A stretch of DNA of 64,000 bases, taken from Felis catus (lineage: Eukaryota). A program made the position numbers and the translations under genes. Shown here piece after piece: positions 61,474-64,000 of the stretch. The notes under the pieces were generated by a model that was not told the DNA's origin, searched no databases, and saw only the letters and a program-made list of their open reading frames with translations. Where the stretch lies: assembly GCF_018350175.1 (NCBI RefSeq), contig NC_058373.1:109060001-109124000 (forward strand), written 5' to 3'. The number at the start of each line of letters is the position of its first letter. The first letter of the stretch is position 1.

Positions 61474-63339
61474 GCCACCCTTCTTTTAATCATAAAAGTA
61501 CTTTAGAAAAGTCTAAAAACATGCATACCCAATGGAAACCACACTAAGAAGTCACAAAATGGAGCCAGAGTGGGGATCTACAAATCAAGAGGCTGTTTAT
61601 TAGGAAAAACCTTCCTGGCAGGTTCCAGGGTAGGTTCCAGGCAGGGCTTCAGAGGCCTCCAGGGTGGAACCTGCACATGGCGTGAATACGAGGGCAATCC
61701 GACAATGCCCTCATGCTCCCTCTCCTGCAGAAGTTCTCCAGGAGTCCACCCTCCCAGTCCACAATGTCTTCAGACTGTCTCTCCAATAAACCCAGATTGG
61801 CAGAAGGTACCAGGACAGAGTTCCCAAAGCTAATCACCACATCTCTCCTGTCATCACTGATCCAAACCACAGACTCCTGTAAGACAGTATTTTTGTCTGG
61901 CCCCATGGTGCCAAGGCAGCTGGCCAGCCCATGTGGCCTCTGCCACTATGGCACTTCCCAGCCTGGCCCACCTACTTCCAACCTGAGAGATCACTTCCGG
62001 GTCAAACTTTGTTTTTTGTTTTTGTTTTTTTAAATAAAAATCCTCTTACTGCCCTTTGGCTGAATTAATCTTTGTGAGAGGTCCATGGAAAAAAAGGAAA
62101 GAAAAGTTTCCAGGGAAGAGGGATGTACATATAATTTGACTCATTAAACCAAAAGATGAAAAGTCTCTGAATCCCAAGACTTTTTTGAAGAAGATAAACA
62201 AAAGCACACAAAGAAATAAAATGTGACAGATATATAATGAGACTGGTCCAATACTCAGGGGCCCTGTGTTCATTTTCACTGTGTCACTGTGCAAAACCAG
62301 CTACCATTTTATTTTAAAATGAAAAGAAAATGCATTTTGTCTGTCTCACTGAGCAAATGATTCCAGCTTAACAAACCCAACCCAGCGGCACTGCACCCAG
62401 GGCTTTCTCCATCCTTCTTTTTAGAAAATAAGTTACCAAGGTGAAGCTGTAATGAAGAAAATGGGGCAAAGTAAATGACAGTGAGTACACAGCTGAGGTA
62501 ACTTATCACAAGGCACACGCTTCACTGTAATATATCCGATGCCTGTTCTCCCACCCACCATTGACATGAACATGCAGGAAAAGAAAATACACCTGTTTTA
62601 TCCTCTTCTTTAAGCAAACAAGAATGGATGTGGTGTGTATATGTTTCATTTTACCACAAAGGATTGTTCTGGCAAAATACACACTTTTTATGAAGGATTA
62701 CATAGAACGCCTTTATACTCCGGGAAACAAAGCAGAACAACCACTAAGTAGCATTAAACACAGTGCTGACTCTAAAGTGCTATATGAATTTCTCTTGCAA
62801 AAATAAAAAATAAAAATATTTCCTAAAATAAATCTCACCTTAACTGTAATGCTATTTCTCAATAGTGTTCCGTCATTTGCAACCCTGAACCATTTTCTCT
62901 AACTCTTACTAATTTTACTGAACCTATTTTCCTATGAACGCTCACTGCTTCTCAATACTAAATTCGGTCTTATTTCAGGTAATTGTGCTTTTTGAAATCA
63001 GTTATTCATTTTTGTGCTGGACCTTACTTTTGTAGCTTCTAAAACACAGAAGTCCAATCTTTTACTTACAAGAGTAAGTGGCATTCAAGCTATGGTAGAT
63101 TGACCTCAGTAGCTAAAAAAAAAAAAAATCCAATAGTTTAAAAATTGAGCTCGTTTTTCATGAGACACAAGCCATGAAAAATATGAAAATGGAGTTGACA
63201 TCCTGCAATTTTAACTTATTTTACTTGAGAGAAAAACAAGGGCTGATTCTCTCTGACCTCATTATGGCTTCTTTTTATTCCTATGTGGACTTCATGAAAC
63301 TGCTACAGATTTCTGAGTAGGAATAATCTAAAATATTTA

Positions 63340-63556
63340 GGGGCACTGGGTGGCTCAGTCGGTTAAGCGACCAACTCTTGATTTCAGCTCAGGTCATGAG
63401 GTCCTGAGATTGAGCTCCATATCAGGCTCCACACTAGGAGTGGAGCCTGTTGAGGATTCTCTCTCTCTCCTGCCTCTCCCCTGCACATGTGCATGCTCTC
63501 TTTCTCTCTCTCAAAAAAATAAAAAATAAAATAAGATAAAATAAAATAAAATAAAT
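63340..63556 (+). mobile_element. CanSINE with (AAAAT)n tail
   Basis: Head, CT region, A-rich tail; approximate TSD taaaatat...ttag. Confidence 0.95.
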
Positions 63557-63869
63557 AAAATATCATTTAGCATATTTTAACCAATATACACATTACAATG
63601 CCCCAAACATGTAATTTCTTAAAATGTTGTTATTTACATACTCTATCTCTGACTCTTTTTTGTTAGTATAACAATCTACTGGGTCTCTGAATTTTTTATT
63701 TAATTTTATTATTAGCCAAATATTTTTTCTTGGTTCACGAATGGATAGAACAAGCTTTATAAACCGAAATTTACTTGCACTATGATTACTCTAACATAAT
63801 GGGTTAAATTCATTTACCTCCTCATCACTTTCAGCTCATTACTTAGGTCTGCTGTGGATGAATGAGGCA

Positions 63870-64000
63870 GAAATATTTAGAATAAGATGATCTGTACTCA
63901 AGTCCTAACTCATTTACTAACTAGCTGGGAAAGTCACTAAACTTTTCTGGTCCTCATTTTGCTCATATCTAAAAGAAAGTATTGAGTTAGACAGGTTCTG
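63870..64000 (+). mobile_element. MIR
   Basis: catttactaactagctgggaaagtcactaaacttttctggtcctcattttgctcatatctaaaa. Confidence 0.7.

Noticed and set aside
61570..62033. Three overlapping ORFs in a GC-richer patch
   Set aside because: Low stop-codon density from base composition; the peptides resemble nothing known to me
62960..62985. AG|GT recursive-splice-like motif cttatttcaggtaatt
   Set aside because: Weak pyrimidine tract and donor, and no known host gene; such motifs are common

Overview
Mammalian genomic DNA from a cat-family (Felidae) animal. The evidence is about 27 tRNA-derived CanSINEs, including young CpG-rich feline types, plus feline-type L1 3' ends. The window is AT-rich and intergenic or deep intronic. 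I could not identify any protein-coding gene, RNA gene, CRISPR array or other prokaryote-type system. The supplied ORFs are SINE, LINE or LTR readings, or chance. A large part of the window is transposon debris: CanSINE, L1, L2, MIR, MaLR and ERVL LTRs, and hAT and Tigger DNA transposons, often nested with recoverable target-site duplications (TSDs). Several repeat-poor stretches carry enhancer-like motif clusters, and there are a few speculative exon or micropeptide candidates. I found no convincing novel biological system. Repeat subfamily names come from my recall of consensus sequences and need RepeatMasker/Dfam confirmation. Boundaries of old repeats are approximate.
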